Of a stretch of 45,237 bases of DNA, positions 7,896-17,639 are shown piece after piece. Below the pieces are notes generated by a model. It saw only the letters and a list, made by a program, of their open reading frames with translations. It searched no databases and was not told where the DNA came from. How positions within the stretch are numbered: the first letter of the stretch is position 1; every line of letters begins with the position of its first letter. Source of the stretch: a virus; IMG/VR virus record IMGVR_UViG_3300043172_000354, one strand, 5' to 3'. The position numbers and the translations under genes are program-made.

Positions 7896-10311
7896 CGCTA
7901 ACCTGCACTTTCGATTGAATCGCAGTTATATTGAACGGGAAAGGATCTTCCTGTACGAACTTGATCTGAACCTCGTCTGACCAACCGCCGTCAACCTCTA
8001 ATCGTATCAGTCCGGTATAAGGGTCATTTGAACCGTTGGTTGTATCGGGCCATTCCGAGAACATAATATCATACATCACAGGTTCGGTAAATTGTTCTTT
8101 TAATCCATATTGCCCGGTCATTGTCTTGTAGAAACAGGCGTCAATCTCATATACCTTTTTCTTGTACCCTATTGAAAACCCGTTTTGGGTTTGGACTTCT
8201 ATCGGAAAAGTCAAGAACGTAGATGTGTACGGAAGCCCGATTGTAGCACGATTTACTTTGAAGTTCCCCAAGTCAATTTCGCCATCCGTTACAGTTGCCT
8301 CAGTAGATAATGCCTCTGTGAGAGTATAGCCTGGATATACGCCAGAACCATACGCGCCGGACCCATACGGAACAGGGCTTGAAGTTAGCGTATATTCATT
8401 ACCCTCAGCTATCATCACTTGAACAGTCTCACCCTCTAAATGATCGAGCCCTGTTATTGTGTCAGTTAAAATACCAGAATAAGTTAAGCCCGAATCCACA
8501 AACCAAGCATCATCTGGATCGGTTCCCCAGTCCTGCGGCTGCATTTGCTCGATGTATCTAATATCGCCACCGGCTTTTGTTCGCTTTACTACAACCCAAA
8601 CCTGATCTTCGTCTGCTCCAGGTATAACGGCCACTGATTCAAACTCTCCATCAGTAATATGCCTTGCCCACCCAACCACACCCTCATTCCTGTTGTACGT
8701 CAACGATACAAGCTGGCCATCGCTCCTGACGAACCACACTATATCGTCAGGCCGATTTTGTACGGCTATGTCTATCAGACCGGGAGATGTTATATGTTCT
8801 GCCATGACAGTAAGCTCAGGAGAAACGAAACCGTCGCTCTGTAGGTCGTAGATCATATCCCGAACCTTACGCCGGTTACGGTCCACGAATACGATAGATT
8901 CACCGATTAGAGCCGGTTGCATATCAGCACTTCCGACATCGGCCTGCCTTTCTGCTCCGAAACTAGCCGGAGTTAATACAGACGTACTTGACTGGCTGGA
9001 AATCCTTATGGCAGATCCGCTTGTTCCTGCGATGATACCGTTTTTGTCCTGGAGCCATAGAATAGGATTTTGTTTCGTTGCGCTAATTTCTTCGTTAATC
9101 GCCCCATTATCTAAAGTTGATTCCCGCATACTCTCAAGGTCGAAAGATGTGCTTGTCCAGAAACCGTTTGGTTGGTAGGTTGTCCCTGCAAGACATAGCC
9201 TGTTTTGGTACATACAGATAGATCGCGGATAACCCCTGCGAGGACTCCAAGCGCCCTCAGCCCATTTAGTCGTTGCGGCCGTCCCAGCTAGTGTGCTCGT
9301 TACCGTCGCGGTTACGACCTTTGTACTGGTGTAAGCCGTTACCTCAACGTACCCGGAAACATCGGAGTTATAGGAGGTAAGAGTATAATCACAACTTCCA
9401 GCAGTCCGATCAGTCATTGTAACGCGGTATTCATAGCCTGCGTCGGGTTCGTTAAAGGAGTATTCGATATTGGCGGCATCGCCGTTAAGTTTGGGATATA
9501 CCGGCTCCCATGAACCAGCGTCAATAACGCTCTTTTCCAATGTCAGCAGACCGGTCCACGTTCCCTCTAATGTCAACAACCCATCGCCCTCTACGGCAAC
9601 GGTGGAGCTACTTGCATTTGTCGCGATATTACCCGACGTATAAGAGTTAGCTGATTTTTCGATTATCTTCCATAGAGAGCCAACATTGTCAGCGGTAAAG
9701 ATAGCAGACGAAGCAGTCAGGGTGATCGTGCCTGTAGTGGCCGATGGTGTTATGGTGGTTGTCGTGGTGTTCTGGTCAAGGAAAGGCCCCCACTCCCAAT
9801 CTACATCGGCGATCGTCCATTCGTCATGGTCGATCCTAATCAGCTTTTGGGGGGGATCGTCCGGGTGAACAATATACATTACGTCGTTTGACTGGACATA
9901 TTGTATTTCTGATATTTGGTCTTCGCCGTAAACTGTTGAGGTTGCATAAATATCATCATTGTCATCAAGGATTTGACCAGCAACTCCATTTACGCAACGG
10001 AAATACCAGATATTACTATCCGAAAACGACAAAACATAGGCATCATCCGTAGAACTTTCAAAAGAAACTAAATGAGAAACCCTATCGGCATCTGCTACAT
10101 AAATCGTCCCGGCTCTCCGCATTGCGGTTCCCTGTGGTTTGACGAGGAAATTCTCCATCGTCTCAACGCCCAGGTACTTCTTGTCGAGATCAACACGGTA
10201 TCGAAGCAATGGGCTTAGCTCCCCTGAGTTGAAAGCAGTATTCAGGGACGCAGAGAAACCAGTCAGACAAAGAATAGGTAACAGTAATATTAGTAGCAGT
10301 TTTTTAAGCAT
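7888..10311 (-). CDS. Tail nozzle / tail tubular protein B-like protein with an N-terminal signal-peptide-like extension
   Basis: 807 aa, close to T7 gp12 in size. The motif FNSGELSPLLRYRVDLDKKYLGVETMENF..KPQG...RRAGT resembles N-termini of podoviral nozzle-type proteins as I recall them. It is preceded by MLKKLLLILLLPILCLTGFSA. A GGAG lies 4 nt before the ATG. Confidence 0.6.
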   Translation of the reverse strand: MLKKLLLILLLPILCLTGFSASLNTAFNSGELSPLLRYRVDLDKKYLGVETMENFLVKPQGTAMRRAGTIYVADADRVSHLVSFESSTDDAYVLSFSDSNIWYFRCVNGVAGQILDDNDDIYATSTVYGEDQISEIQYVQSNDVMYIVHPDDPPQKLIRIDHDEWTIADVDWEWGPFLDQNTTTTTITPSATTGTITLTASSAIFTADNVGSLWKIIEKSANSYTSGNIATNASSSTVAVEGDGLLTLEGTWTGLLTLEKSVIDAGSWEPVYPKLNGDAANIEYSFNEPDAGYEYRVTMTDRTAGSCDYTLTSYNSDVSGYVEVTAYTSTKVVTATVTSTLAGTAATTKWAEGAWSPRRGYPRSICMYQNRLCLAGTTYQPNGFWTSTSFDLESMRESTLDNGAINEEISATKQNPILWLQDKNGIIAGTSGSAIRISSQSSTSVLTPASFGAERQADVGSADMQPALIGESIVFVDRNRRKVRDMIYDLQSDGFVSPELTVMAEHITSPGLIDIAVQNRPDDIVWFVRSDGQLVSLTYNRNEGVVGWARHITDGEFESVAVIPGADEDQVWVVVKRTKAGGDIRYIEQMQPQDWGTDPDDAWFVDSGLTYSGILTDTITGLDHLEGETVQVMIAEGNEYTLTSSPVPYGSGAYGSGVYPGYTLTEALSTEATVTDGEIDLGNFKVNRATIGLPYTSTFLTFPIEVQTQNGFSIGYKKKVYEIDACFYKTMTGQYGLKEQFTEPVMYDIMFSEWPDTTNGSNDPYTGLIRLEVDGGWSDEVQIKFVQEDPFPFNITAIQSKVQVSGD

Positions 10312-10340
10312 TATGCTCCGCCAGAATTATCTAAATTCCA

Positions 10341-12656
10341 TTAGTTTTGATTCGCCGCGTTATCCATGTGCGATATCATTCGCCAAACATTAGTAGTTGA
10401 TGTTGCTGTTGACTCACAAACCCACATCGTAACGTCGCCGCTCGCTGTCGTTAAATCTGTAGTGCCGCACTCAAGCAGGTTTCCGTCAACATCGTAGACT
10501 ATCGCTCCTTTTGATATTACGGTTATTTCTTGACCGATCACACCATCATCAAATCTTGAAAAAGTAGCTCCGGTTGTGCCGGTAAACCAGAACTTACCGC
10601 CACTGACAGAAGGCGAAGTATCTGTATCGGTAAAAGTCGTTGAAGTATTGACTGTCTGCACTGTTGGCACTGCTGCCGTAACCCATAAATAGCCATTGAC
10701 ATTCTCGCCATTGTCGTAAAGCATAGCTACGCCAGCCGTCAATGGTATGTCAACATAATGCGTATAAGTGTCAGCTGCGAGTCCTCTCCATATTCTTATT
10801 TCTGAATAAGGGGCTCTTCCGAAACAGGTTAGTAATATAGCACCCGTTTTAGTTACAAGTGCCTCCGTAACTTCGCTAACCTCGGCACTCTTTATTGTTT
10901 GTCCCTTTGGGTTTATTGAAGCTATCCGGTAGAAATATTCCTCGCTCGGGTCAAGATTCCCAACTGGTGTTGAATCTTCTTGTACTACTGAGAAGATACT
11001 TGGAGTTGCAGTCATCAAAGGATAGTCCACTATGCCTTCACCTTCAGCATTAGTAACTTGCCAGCCCGCATTGCCATCATTCAGCACTTGGACATTAGAA
11101 CTAAGCAATCCACGGTTTAATTCAAGTTCAGTATTTAAACCTGCATCTGATGACAATATTGTTATACCCGAAGTAGCTAGTTTTCCCCCCGTTATCTGGA
11201 ATCCAGATTTGCTATTTCTTAAGTCAAGCTGAAATCTTGTTCTGGGAGAATTGATGTATATTTCAGGTTTCGTTTTGTGGCTAATTGCAGCAAAGTGCTT
11301 AGTGAGGAAAGTGCAACCAGTGATTGATACCTGACTATTATCTATTATAGCCCCACCATCGCTTATCTCAATCGGATATTGGTCTGTTACAGTACCAATA
11401 AAATCTATCCCGGCAGGATTTTCTTCAGCACTGTCAACCCGAAGGTATGACCACAGGATGCAATCGTTTATTCCAACCCTTGAGTTCTTAATTTTTATTC
11501 CAGGCACGCTTTTGTATGTCTCTAAATGACAGGCGTTGAATTGGATTGCAGTGCAATCTAGTAAGTCAAAAGTACCATTTACACATGCGTTAAATTGACC
11601 TCCGTTGCAATTCTTAATCTTAGCTAGTCCATTAAACTGATGCCAAGGACTTCCGTGACAGCTATCCATAATAAGTCCGTCGCCAGAAAATTCATTTTTA
11701 TAAAGGTAACTACCTTCTGTTATAGTTGTCGGGTTTGCTGCTACGGGTGTTTGTAAACTGAAACTAACCTCTTTAAATGTTACATTGTCACAAACCTGCG
11801 TACATCTCACTCCATAAAGCAGATAGTTCATTTCAACATTCGTCATTGTAAAGAATGAATTATTGAGCCTAATAAATCCCTGCTGTAATGTCTGGGTGGT
11901 ATCACCTAATACTTTTAAATCTCTGACTTCATATCGTAAACCAGGAAATTCCAATGCCGTAGCAGATCCAGATGTCTCATTGAGGTACAAAAGGAAATCT
12001 TCGTCTAAGGCAGCATCGTTAAGATGTAAAACCGTGCCAAAACCCTGACCTCTGAAAGTGAATTTAATATCATTAGTCGTGCTATCAAAATAAACAGAGT
12101 CTTCAAATTTATAAGTGCCATTCTGGAATACAATATTGCCGCCTATTGTACCGATGGCATTTTCTAATGCTTGCAATGGTACTGAATTATTTGTTGAATC
12201 ATCAGCAACGCCACCCCACCATTCCACTAAGAATCCGCTTTGAGGTGTCTTGCTGAATACGACGGTTCCAAGGCCATCGAATAAATCTTGCGGGCTTGCT
12301 GAAACATCACCGCTGATCGTAACCACAATCCCAGTGTCTATCGAAAGCTTTGCGCCCTTAAAGAATACGCAAGGCACTGATAATGTTAGATTGCTCGATA
12401 CCCTGTATGTGCCGCTTGGAAAAAGCAATGTCTTTCCTATGGCGTTTGAATTGAATAGGGCTGTCCTATCATCTGTTGTTCCGTCACCAGTAGCGCCATA
12501 CTCCTTAACGCTTACCCCACCTTTAACTGCATTGAGATAATCATTAAGATCAGTTCCCCATGTGTCAATATCGCCAATATCCGGCAATGAATAGAGTGGT
12601 GCTCCAAAAGCCGTAACACTGCAAAGTAAAACTAAGATTACAATAAACTTTTTCAT
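10341..12656 (-). CDS. Tailspike with right-handed beta-helix (pectate-lyase-fold) depolymerase domain
   Basis: VKEYGATGDGTTDDRTALFNSNAIGKTLLFPSGTYRV is the classic pectate_lyase_3/tailspike N-cap motif. The start is set at MKKFIVIL (12656, preceded by AAGGGAAG). The track start at 12695 is also possible. The N-terminus is signal-peptide-like (MKKFIVILVLLCSVTAFGA/PLY). Confidence 0.8.
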   Translation of the reverse strand: MKKFIVILVLLCSVTAFGAPLYSLPDIGDIDTWGTDLNDYLNAVKGGVSVKEYGATGDGTTDDRTALFNSNAIGKTLLFPSGTYRVSSNLTLSVPCVFFKGAKLSIDTGIVVTISGDVSASPQDLFDGLGTVVFSKTPQSGFLVEWWGGVADDSTNNSVPLQALENAIGTIGGNIVFQNGTYKFEDSVYFDSTTNDIKFTFRGQGFGTVLHLNDAALDEDFLLYLNETSGSATALEFPGLRYEVRDLKVLGDTTQTLQQGFIRLNNSFFTMTNVEMNYLLYGVRCTQVCDNVTFKEVSFSLQTPVAANPTTITEGSYLYKNEFSGDGLIMDSCHGSPWHQFNGLAKIKNCNGGQFNACVNGTFDLLDCTAIQFNACHLETYKSVPGIKIKNSRVGINDCILWSYLRVDSAEENPAGIDFIGTVTDQYPIEISDGGAIIDNSQVSITGCTFLTKHFAAISHKTKPEIYINSPRTRFQLDLRNSKSGFQITGGKLATSGITILSSDAGLNTELELNRGLLSSNVQVLNDGNAGWQVTNAEGEGIVDYPLMTATPSIFSVVQEDSTPVGNLDPSEEYFYRIASINPKGQTIKSAEVSEVTEALVTKTGAILLTCFGRAPYSEIRIWRGLAADTYTHYVDIPLTAGVAMLYDNGENVNGYLWVTAAVPTVQTVNTSTTFTDTDTSPSVSGGKFWFTGTTGATFSRFDDGVIGQEITVISKGAIVYDVDGNLLECGTTDLTTASGDVTMWVCESTATSTTNVWRMISHMDNAANQN

Positions 12657-12695
12657 GATTCTTCCCTTTAGATTATTTTCGTTAGCTACTGACAT

Positions 12696-13016
12696 TTATT
12701 CCTGTATTACATTAGGATCGATTATTTTTGCTTTATCGGCTAACTTACCTTTGCCTTTGAAGTATATAGCCAACAAATAACGCCGTATTATAAGCTTTAT
12801 CCATTGCTTCTTTGTGTGCTGCGGAACCGCCTTGCTAATATCGCCAGGGTCATTAGGATCTGGAACCGTAGGAATCGGTGCTACTTCCAGAAATCCAGCC
12901 GAAAACTCAGCAACCTTATCCGCTGGAATAACGATAGTAATTTCAACATCACCAACCGCGGCGAATATATTACATGCTAATGCCATCAGTAAAACCATTA
13001 TTATTAGTTTCTTCAT
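12696..13016 (-). CDS. Small signal-peptide protein, unknown function
   Basis: 106 aa with AAGGAA 5 nt upstream of the ATG. N-terminus MKKLIIMVLLMALACNIFA/AVGD. Confidence 0.55.
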   Translation of the reverse strand: MKKLIIMVLLMALACNIFAAVGDVEITIVIPADKVAEFSAGFLEVAPIPTVPDPNDPGDISKAVPQHTKKQWIKLIIRRYLLAIYFKGKGKLADKAKIIDPNVIQE

Positions 13017-13025
13017 GTCGTTTCC

Positions 13026-14120
13026 TTAATTATCTACCAAGACCAAATCAAATGCCGCAATTACGCCCATATCTGCTGAAGTCGAATCGCATCTTATTAA
13101 AATATCTGTTTTTTCTGGTATACCTACAGGCACGCCATATTCGTATATCCAGAACTGAGAGGCTGTTGTCATCACTTCCACTTGCCCTTTGATTGCGAAT
13201 ACGCCAGTTGATCCATTATTTACCCTTGCCCGCCATGTGAACACTGCTGAACCTGCCGTTGTTGGATTAGCTCTCGACCCAAGACCTACATAACCCTTGA
13301 CGAAATAACCTGACTTGCCTGATGATACTGTAAATGCCGCCTGCTGTGTCTGACCGTCCATTGCAGCGATAAATGTACCGGCAATAACAGTTGCGTCAAT
13401 TTCAACGGTTATGTCACCTTCGTTCGCGGCTGACGATCCAGCATGGAGTACAATTGACCTATAAAGCCTTACATACTGATTAAGCATAGCAACATCAGTC
13501 TGTCCGTTCAATATCACGGTTTCTGTGGTTATTGTCCAGATACCACTTGAGTCGCTTAATCCCTCAACACTTATAACCCCCGCTCCAGTGTCGGCACTTG
13601 ACGCAACCCTATAAGTATCGCCTGATTCATTAGGGAAGTTTCTCTTTTGCGGGAGTGCTGTTTGAGCAGTTGATCCGCTTGTCATTGGAGTATGAGTTAA
13701 GGTTGTACCGGAAGTGACTTCGTTTACAGTTCCAAACTCACCGTTCGTATCATTTATAACTATATCACCAACCGCAACCCCGTCACCAGTGAAGTTTGCA
13801 CCAGTGTCAATTAACGTAATAAGACTTCCGCCAGTTGCAGTACCCGAACTGACTAATACGCCTACATCGTCAACATCCGTACTTACAGCCTCTACAGTTT
13901 TATTTACGTTTGTGTCCCAGAAAGTGTATAACCCACCACCACCCCAAACGTCTTCCGGCCCACCATTCACCGATTCGTTATGTCCATACTTGTTCATCTG
14001 AGAATGGCCGTAAACTTTACCCTTAGCCACTTCCAGCATGAAGTCTGTTGATCCAATTCGTGACGCATAGCAATTAAAAGTAATCGCCAATATTAAGATT
14101 AAATATAGGAGTTTTTTCAT
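13026..14120 (-). CDS. Putative tail fibre/receptor-binding protein (beta-rich) with signal-peptide-like N-terminus
   Basis: The start is moved to ATG 14120 (MKKLLYLILILAITFNCYA/SRIG), just after the TAA of the upstream gene (TAATATG). The C-terminal half (...NGQTDV...YVRLYRS...EGDITV...GQTQQAAFTVSSGKSGYFVKGY...) looks like a jelly-roll. Confidence 0.5.
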   Translation of the reverse strand: MKKLLYLILILAITFNCYASRIGSTDFMLEVAKGKVYGHSQMNKYGHNESVNGGPEDVWGGGGLYTFWDTNVNKTVEAVSTDVDDVGVLVSSGTATGGSLITLIDTGANFTGDGVAVGDIVINDTNGEFGTVNEVTSGTTLTHTPMTSGSTAQTALPQKRNFPNESGDTYRVASSADTGAGVISVEGLSDSSGIWTITTETVILNGQTDVAMLNQYVRLYRSIVLHAGSSAANEGDITVEIDATVIAGTFIAAMDGQTQQAAFTVSSGKSGYFVKGYVGLGSRANPTTAGSAVFTWRARVNNGSTGVFAIKGQVEVMTTASQFWIYEYGVPVGIPEKTDILIRCDSTSADMGVIAAFDLVLVDN

Positions 14121-14121
14121 A

Positions 14122-15816
14122 TTACCACCATTTATCCGTTGTCTCAAAGGTTAATATTATTACATCGCCAGCATTAAGTATCACATCTACAGTAGAGCCT
14201 AGTATATTCTCTGCTGAGGTTATTGTTATTGTGCCTGTGCCTGAGTTGATTATTCTGAATGTCTGTCCATCTACGCCAGTAGGCAGGGTTACAGTGAATG
14301 TTCCATTGCAGTACACTTGGTCGTCTGTTGCTGGTATAGTCTGAGTTGTCGTGTAGCGAGAGGTGTTCTTTATCCGCCCTGACTCGCTCTTGACCACGCC
14401 TGCTACCTCAAGGGCGTAGGTCGGGGCTGTGGTGTCGCCTATGCGGACGTTGCCGGTTACATTGAAATCTCCGTTAGCGAAAAGCCACGGGCCAGATGCG
14501 TGTGCAGGTAAGAAGCCAGTTATTAAGCTACCTATGTTTAATTCATGGCTTACAGTAGCACCAGACACATCTATGTCGTGACCTATAAGGATGTTCTCGC
14601 TACCAGTCGTTAATGTATTGCCGGTTTGGTAGCCAATAAATGTATTCTCGTTTCCATTAGTCATTGCAAGTGCTGCCTGTGCTCCCACAACCACATTCTT
14701 TCCGCCTGCATCTATAGCCATGCAGGTAGATGCACCGATGGCTACATTCCTGAACGCTGTCTTAATTGCACTCCCTTGCCCCCGTAACGCATTCCACCCT
14801 ACGCCAGTATTCCCACCAAACCCACTAGATATATCCCTTAACGCATTTGTACCTATGCCAACATTTGCGTCTGTCGTGCAAAGTATTCCCGCTTGTTCTC
14901 CAATGAGCATATTATCTGAGGCCGTCCCCAAGAGGAACCCAGCGAATCCTCCTAGACAGATATTCCTCTTGCCAGAAGTTATGCCATTTCCAGCATTAAC
15001 GCCAATTCCTACATTTCTTTCGCCGCTTGCCGTAACATCCTCAAGCGTAGTTGAGTCGCCAATTCTAATATTACTAGTCCCAAAGCCCTCAAATTCTGCA
15101 TTGCCACCAATGAGGTAATTGGTTGCATCAAGTATTCCATCAACAGTAACCTCGCCAAGCGTGCCGTTAAGGATGATGAGGTCAGGGCCAAAGTCTGCCG
15201 TCCCAGCACTGATAGTCCCGGTGGTGGGGAGGGTTAGGTTGCCGGTTAGGGTGAGGTCATCGAGGGGAATTGCTGAGGTTATAACTGTCCCGGTTCTTGA
15301 CCAATAGCCGAGAATCCCGCTGGTTGGTGGAGTTGATGTTAGCTGTTTCGATCCATCTGTGTAAACTCCAAGATTTATCGAAAGTCCGCTGTCAATGATA
15401 TTTCCGAAAGTCCCCAAACCACCTGTGATAGTTGCGGTCCCATCAGTTAAAGTGCCGCCTGTGATTGTGCCGGTGGATGTTAAATTCGTAGCGTGAAGCG
15501 TGTCAGTAATAAACGTCACATCAGCATCGTCGGCAAGCAACCCATCTGCACCTGCGAAGACTACCCGCGTTTCCGTGAGATCAGATACACTTACACTATT
15601 AGCATCAACGGTGTCAACCGTGAGCGTCCCCGCAATTGTAAGATTGTTGACATCAATAATATCATAGCCGGACATATTAAGATCACCCTGCATAGGATTA
15701 GATCCTGTTATTGTCAGGTCTTTTTTCAGATTACTTCTCAGGGTGTAATTAGTACCCGACGTGTCCGCCGAAGCAGAAGCGGTAATAAGCAATAATATTA
15801 AAAGTATCTTTTTCAT
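14122..15816 (-). CDS. Tail fibre protein with repetitive N.aIG..A head-like repeats
   Basis: 564 aa. Repeats such as NVGIGVNAGNGITSGKRNICLG, NVGIGTNALRD, NTGVGWNALRG, NVAIGAS, NTFIGYQTGN and NILIGH are typical of phage fibres and YadA-head-like repeats. ATGA start/stop coupling links it to the adaptor gene. N-terminus MKKILLILLLITASASA/DTSG. Confidence 0.7.
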   Translation of the reverse strand: MKKILLILLLITASASADTSGTNYTLRSNLKKDLTITGSNPMQGDLNMSGYDIIDVNNLTIAGTLTVDTVDANSVSVSDLTETRVVFAGADGLLADDADVTFITDTLHATNLTSTGTITGGTLTDGTATITGGLGTFGNIIDSGLSINLGVYTDGSKQLTSTPPTSGILGYWSRTGTVITSAIPLDDLTLTGNLTLPTTGTISAGTADFGPDLIILNGTLGEVTVDGILDATNYLIGGNAEFEGFGTSNIRIGDSTTLEDVTASGERNVGIGVNAGNGITSGKRNICLGGFAGFLLGTASDNMLIGEQAGILCTTDANVGIGTNALRDISSGFGGNTGVGWNALRGQGSAIKTAFRNVAIGASTCMAIDAGGKNVVVGAQAALAMTNGNENTFIGYQTGNTLTTGSENILIGHDIDVSGATVSHELNIGSLITGFLPAHASGPWLFANGDFNVTGNVRIGDTTAPTYALEVAGVVKSESGRIKNTSRYTTTQTIPATDDQVYCNGTFTVTLPTGVDGQTFRIINSGTGTITITSAENILGSTVDVILNAGDVIILTFETTDKWW

Positions 15817-16667
15817 AGATCATACACACTATTTAATGTATTATTTGCACCATAGGCCCAATCGTTATTATCTTCGTCCTCATACCAAGACTCATCACCG
15901 TTCTTTTCCCTGGCGTGAAGATAAGCCTCGTTTAGTTCAACTTCTATCTTTTGTTCCCGTCTCTGATTTTCAGTTACATTAGGAGCGAGTATGTAAGCGA
16001 TTCTGGCAGAGATCAACCTGTGGAACCATACACGCATTTGAGTGACATCGCTAACAATTGCGCTACCTTGATAGCCTATCCACTTATTGTACCGAATAAA
16101 TGCGTCTACCTGGTTTGTGTAAATAACCGATCCCTCTGGGTAATATGGGAAATTCACTCTGTCGCAGTCGGACCCGCTTGTCTTTAGCAACCAGAGAATA
16201 TCTGATGGACGTTTGAAACCATACTGCCAGTTCCCGTGTTCAAGGGAATCCGTGTCTTCCGGGTAGCCCGCCGCATTGACCCGGGAATTTGTCCCATCGC
16301 TTAAAGTTTCCCCGTCAGTCCAATCACCTGTAGGCTTTGTCACCAAATACACCGTATCAGATAGAACCTCGACAACCGTACAAGTAACGGCGCTCGTACC
16401 GCCAGTGATCGTACCGCCAACATACCAGACTGCCGGCGTTGGTGCGGCATCAATAGTCAGCTTATGGACCTGCACTAAATCCTCGAACTTTACCCGCTTG
16501 CGGCTGAAATACCAATCCTCGGCCAAAAGCTCTCTGACGACACTTTCAAAGATCGCGTTTACCTTTACGGCGTCAGGCTTCGAGGACTCCAGAGACGTAA
16601 TCATACTTTCGCCTATGAGCAGCAATCCAATATTCGCTATTGCAGTTTTTTCAGTATCGTTTGCCAT
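15813..16667 (-). CDS. Tail adaptor / tail tubular protein A-like
   Basis: The N-terminus TAIANIGLLLIGESMITSLESSKPDAVKVNAIFESVVRELLAEDWYFS matches the gp11-type pattern (..A...IGE..I.SL......A......L....W.F). It has no signal peptide and sits downstream of the capsid genes. Confidence 0.65.
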   Translation of the reverse strand: MANDTEKTAIANIGLLLIGESMITSLESSKPDAVKVNAIFESVVRELLAEDWYFSRKRVKFEDLVQVHKLTIDAAPTPAVWYVGGTITGGTSAVTCTVVEVLSDTVYLVTKPTGDWTDGETLSDGTNSRVNAAGYPEDTDSLEHGNWQYGFKRPSDILWLLKTSGSDCDRVNFPYYPEGSVIYTNQVDAFIRYNKWIGYQGSAIVSDVTQMRVWFHRLISARIAYILAPNVTENQRREQKIEVELNEAYLHAREKNGDESWYEDEDNNDWAYGANNTLNSVYDL

Positions 16668-16678
16668 TTCAAAACCTT

Positions 16679-17587
16679 TTAGAATTTACGGCCATAAACG
16701 GTTATATCGCCAGCTTCTTCACCCGTAGCGGCGTCTGCGTCATAAATAACAACCTGAACCCAGTCAATGCCCTTAAGGTCAACAACAAGGCCGGCAACTT
16801 CATTGTCACCTGAATTTATAACCTCAATAGTACCCTTGTTACCGGTACTGGCAGCAGCCCCATCTATTGCGCTTGTCCATTTTGTTGTTTCGTCAAGAGC
16901 AATCGTATCGGCCCACATTGCAGGGTTGATGTAAACTGTAGCCGTGGTGTCAGCCGTAGAAGCTGCACCCGAAGCGACTGCGACATCAGCACTGGTCCAT
17001 GTGGTTATTGGATAGAACCCGGAAGTCAGCTTAGTTTCATTGTCAGATAGAACGTACATTCCTGAACCAACAGCCTGACCCAAGAAAGCATCGGTCTTGG
17101 TGAATGTGGTATCTGCGTGCGTATAAACAACAGCCGCCGTTGTCACGTCAGGACCAAGTGCATCTCCGCCGTCAGGATAGACAACAACAGCCTGTGTGCC
17201 AAGAACGCAGTTACCCTCGGCGATAACCTGTAACATACCATTTTCTCTAGACCAACCGACGATATTGAAGCTGAAAGTATCGTCAACGCCATTGTAGCCT
17301 TTGCCGCAGAAAGAAAACATCCATCGATTATTCAGTCCAGCTCTTGGCGATATTTGGTAAGCCGCTGAGCTCTTATTGGCAAAATTACCTTCCGTAGTCA
17401 GATCATAAACCGCGGCAAAAGTCGCTCCATCTTCGTCAGCAGTCGCGCGTATCTTTACCCATTCGGAATGAAAGCCATCGGCAGGGTCAGCGTTTATAGG
17501 CGAAATTTGCAATGCCATCAATGCAATAAACGCCAGAATTGCCAAACTTACCAAAGCTGCTTTTCCATATCGTTTAATCGTTTTCAT
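16679..17587 (-). CDS. Virion-module protein of unknown function with N-terminal signal/anchor sequence
   Basis: 302 aa with AAGGAA 7 nt upstream. N-terminus MKTIKRYGKAALVSLAILAFIALMALQISPINA/DPADG. The sequence is beta-rich and T/A/G-rich. Confidence 0.5.
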   Translation of the reverse strand: MKTIKRYGKAALVSLAILAFIALMALQISPINADPADGFHSEWVKIRATADEDGATFAAVYDLTTEGNFANKSSAAYQISPRAGLNNRWMFSFCGKGYNGVDDTFSFNIVGWSRENGMLQVIAEGNCVLGTQAVVVYPDGGDALGPDVTTAAVVYTHADTTFTKTDAFLGQAVGSGMYVLSDNETKLTSGFYPITTWTSADVAVASGAASTADTTATVYINPAMWADTIALDETTKWTSAIDGAAASTGNKGTIEVINSGDNEVAGLVVDLKGIDWVQVVIYDADAATGEEAGDITVYGRKF

Positions 17588-17600
17588 TTTTTGAGTTCCT

Positions 17601-17636
17601 TAAAAAACAAGGCGGGCAAGTGTATATACCCGCCTC
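17601..17636 (-). terminator. Rho-independent terminator inside the structural arm
   Basis: On the minus strand: AGGCGGG-TATATACACTTG-CCCGCCT followed by TGTTTTTTAAGG. It lies 4 nt after the stop of ORF 17640..18596. Confidence 0.7.
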
Positions 17637-17639
17637 TAT

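Noticed and set aside
10341-15816. Diversity-generating retroelement, searched for because the capsid block looks BPP-1-like
   Set aside because: No reverse-transcriptase ORF (no YxDD-containing candidate) exists anywhere in the genome. I saw no template/variable repeat pair near the fibre genes by eye, but a formal self-alignment was not possible.
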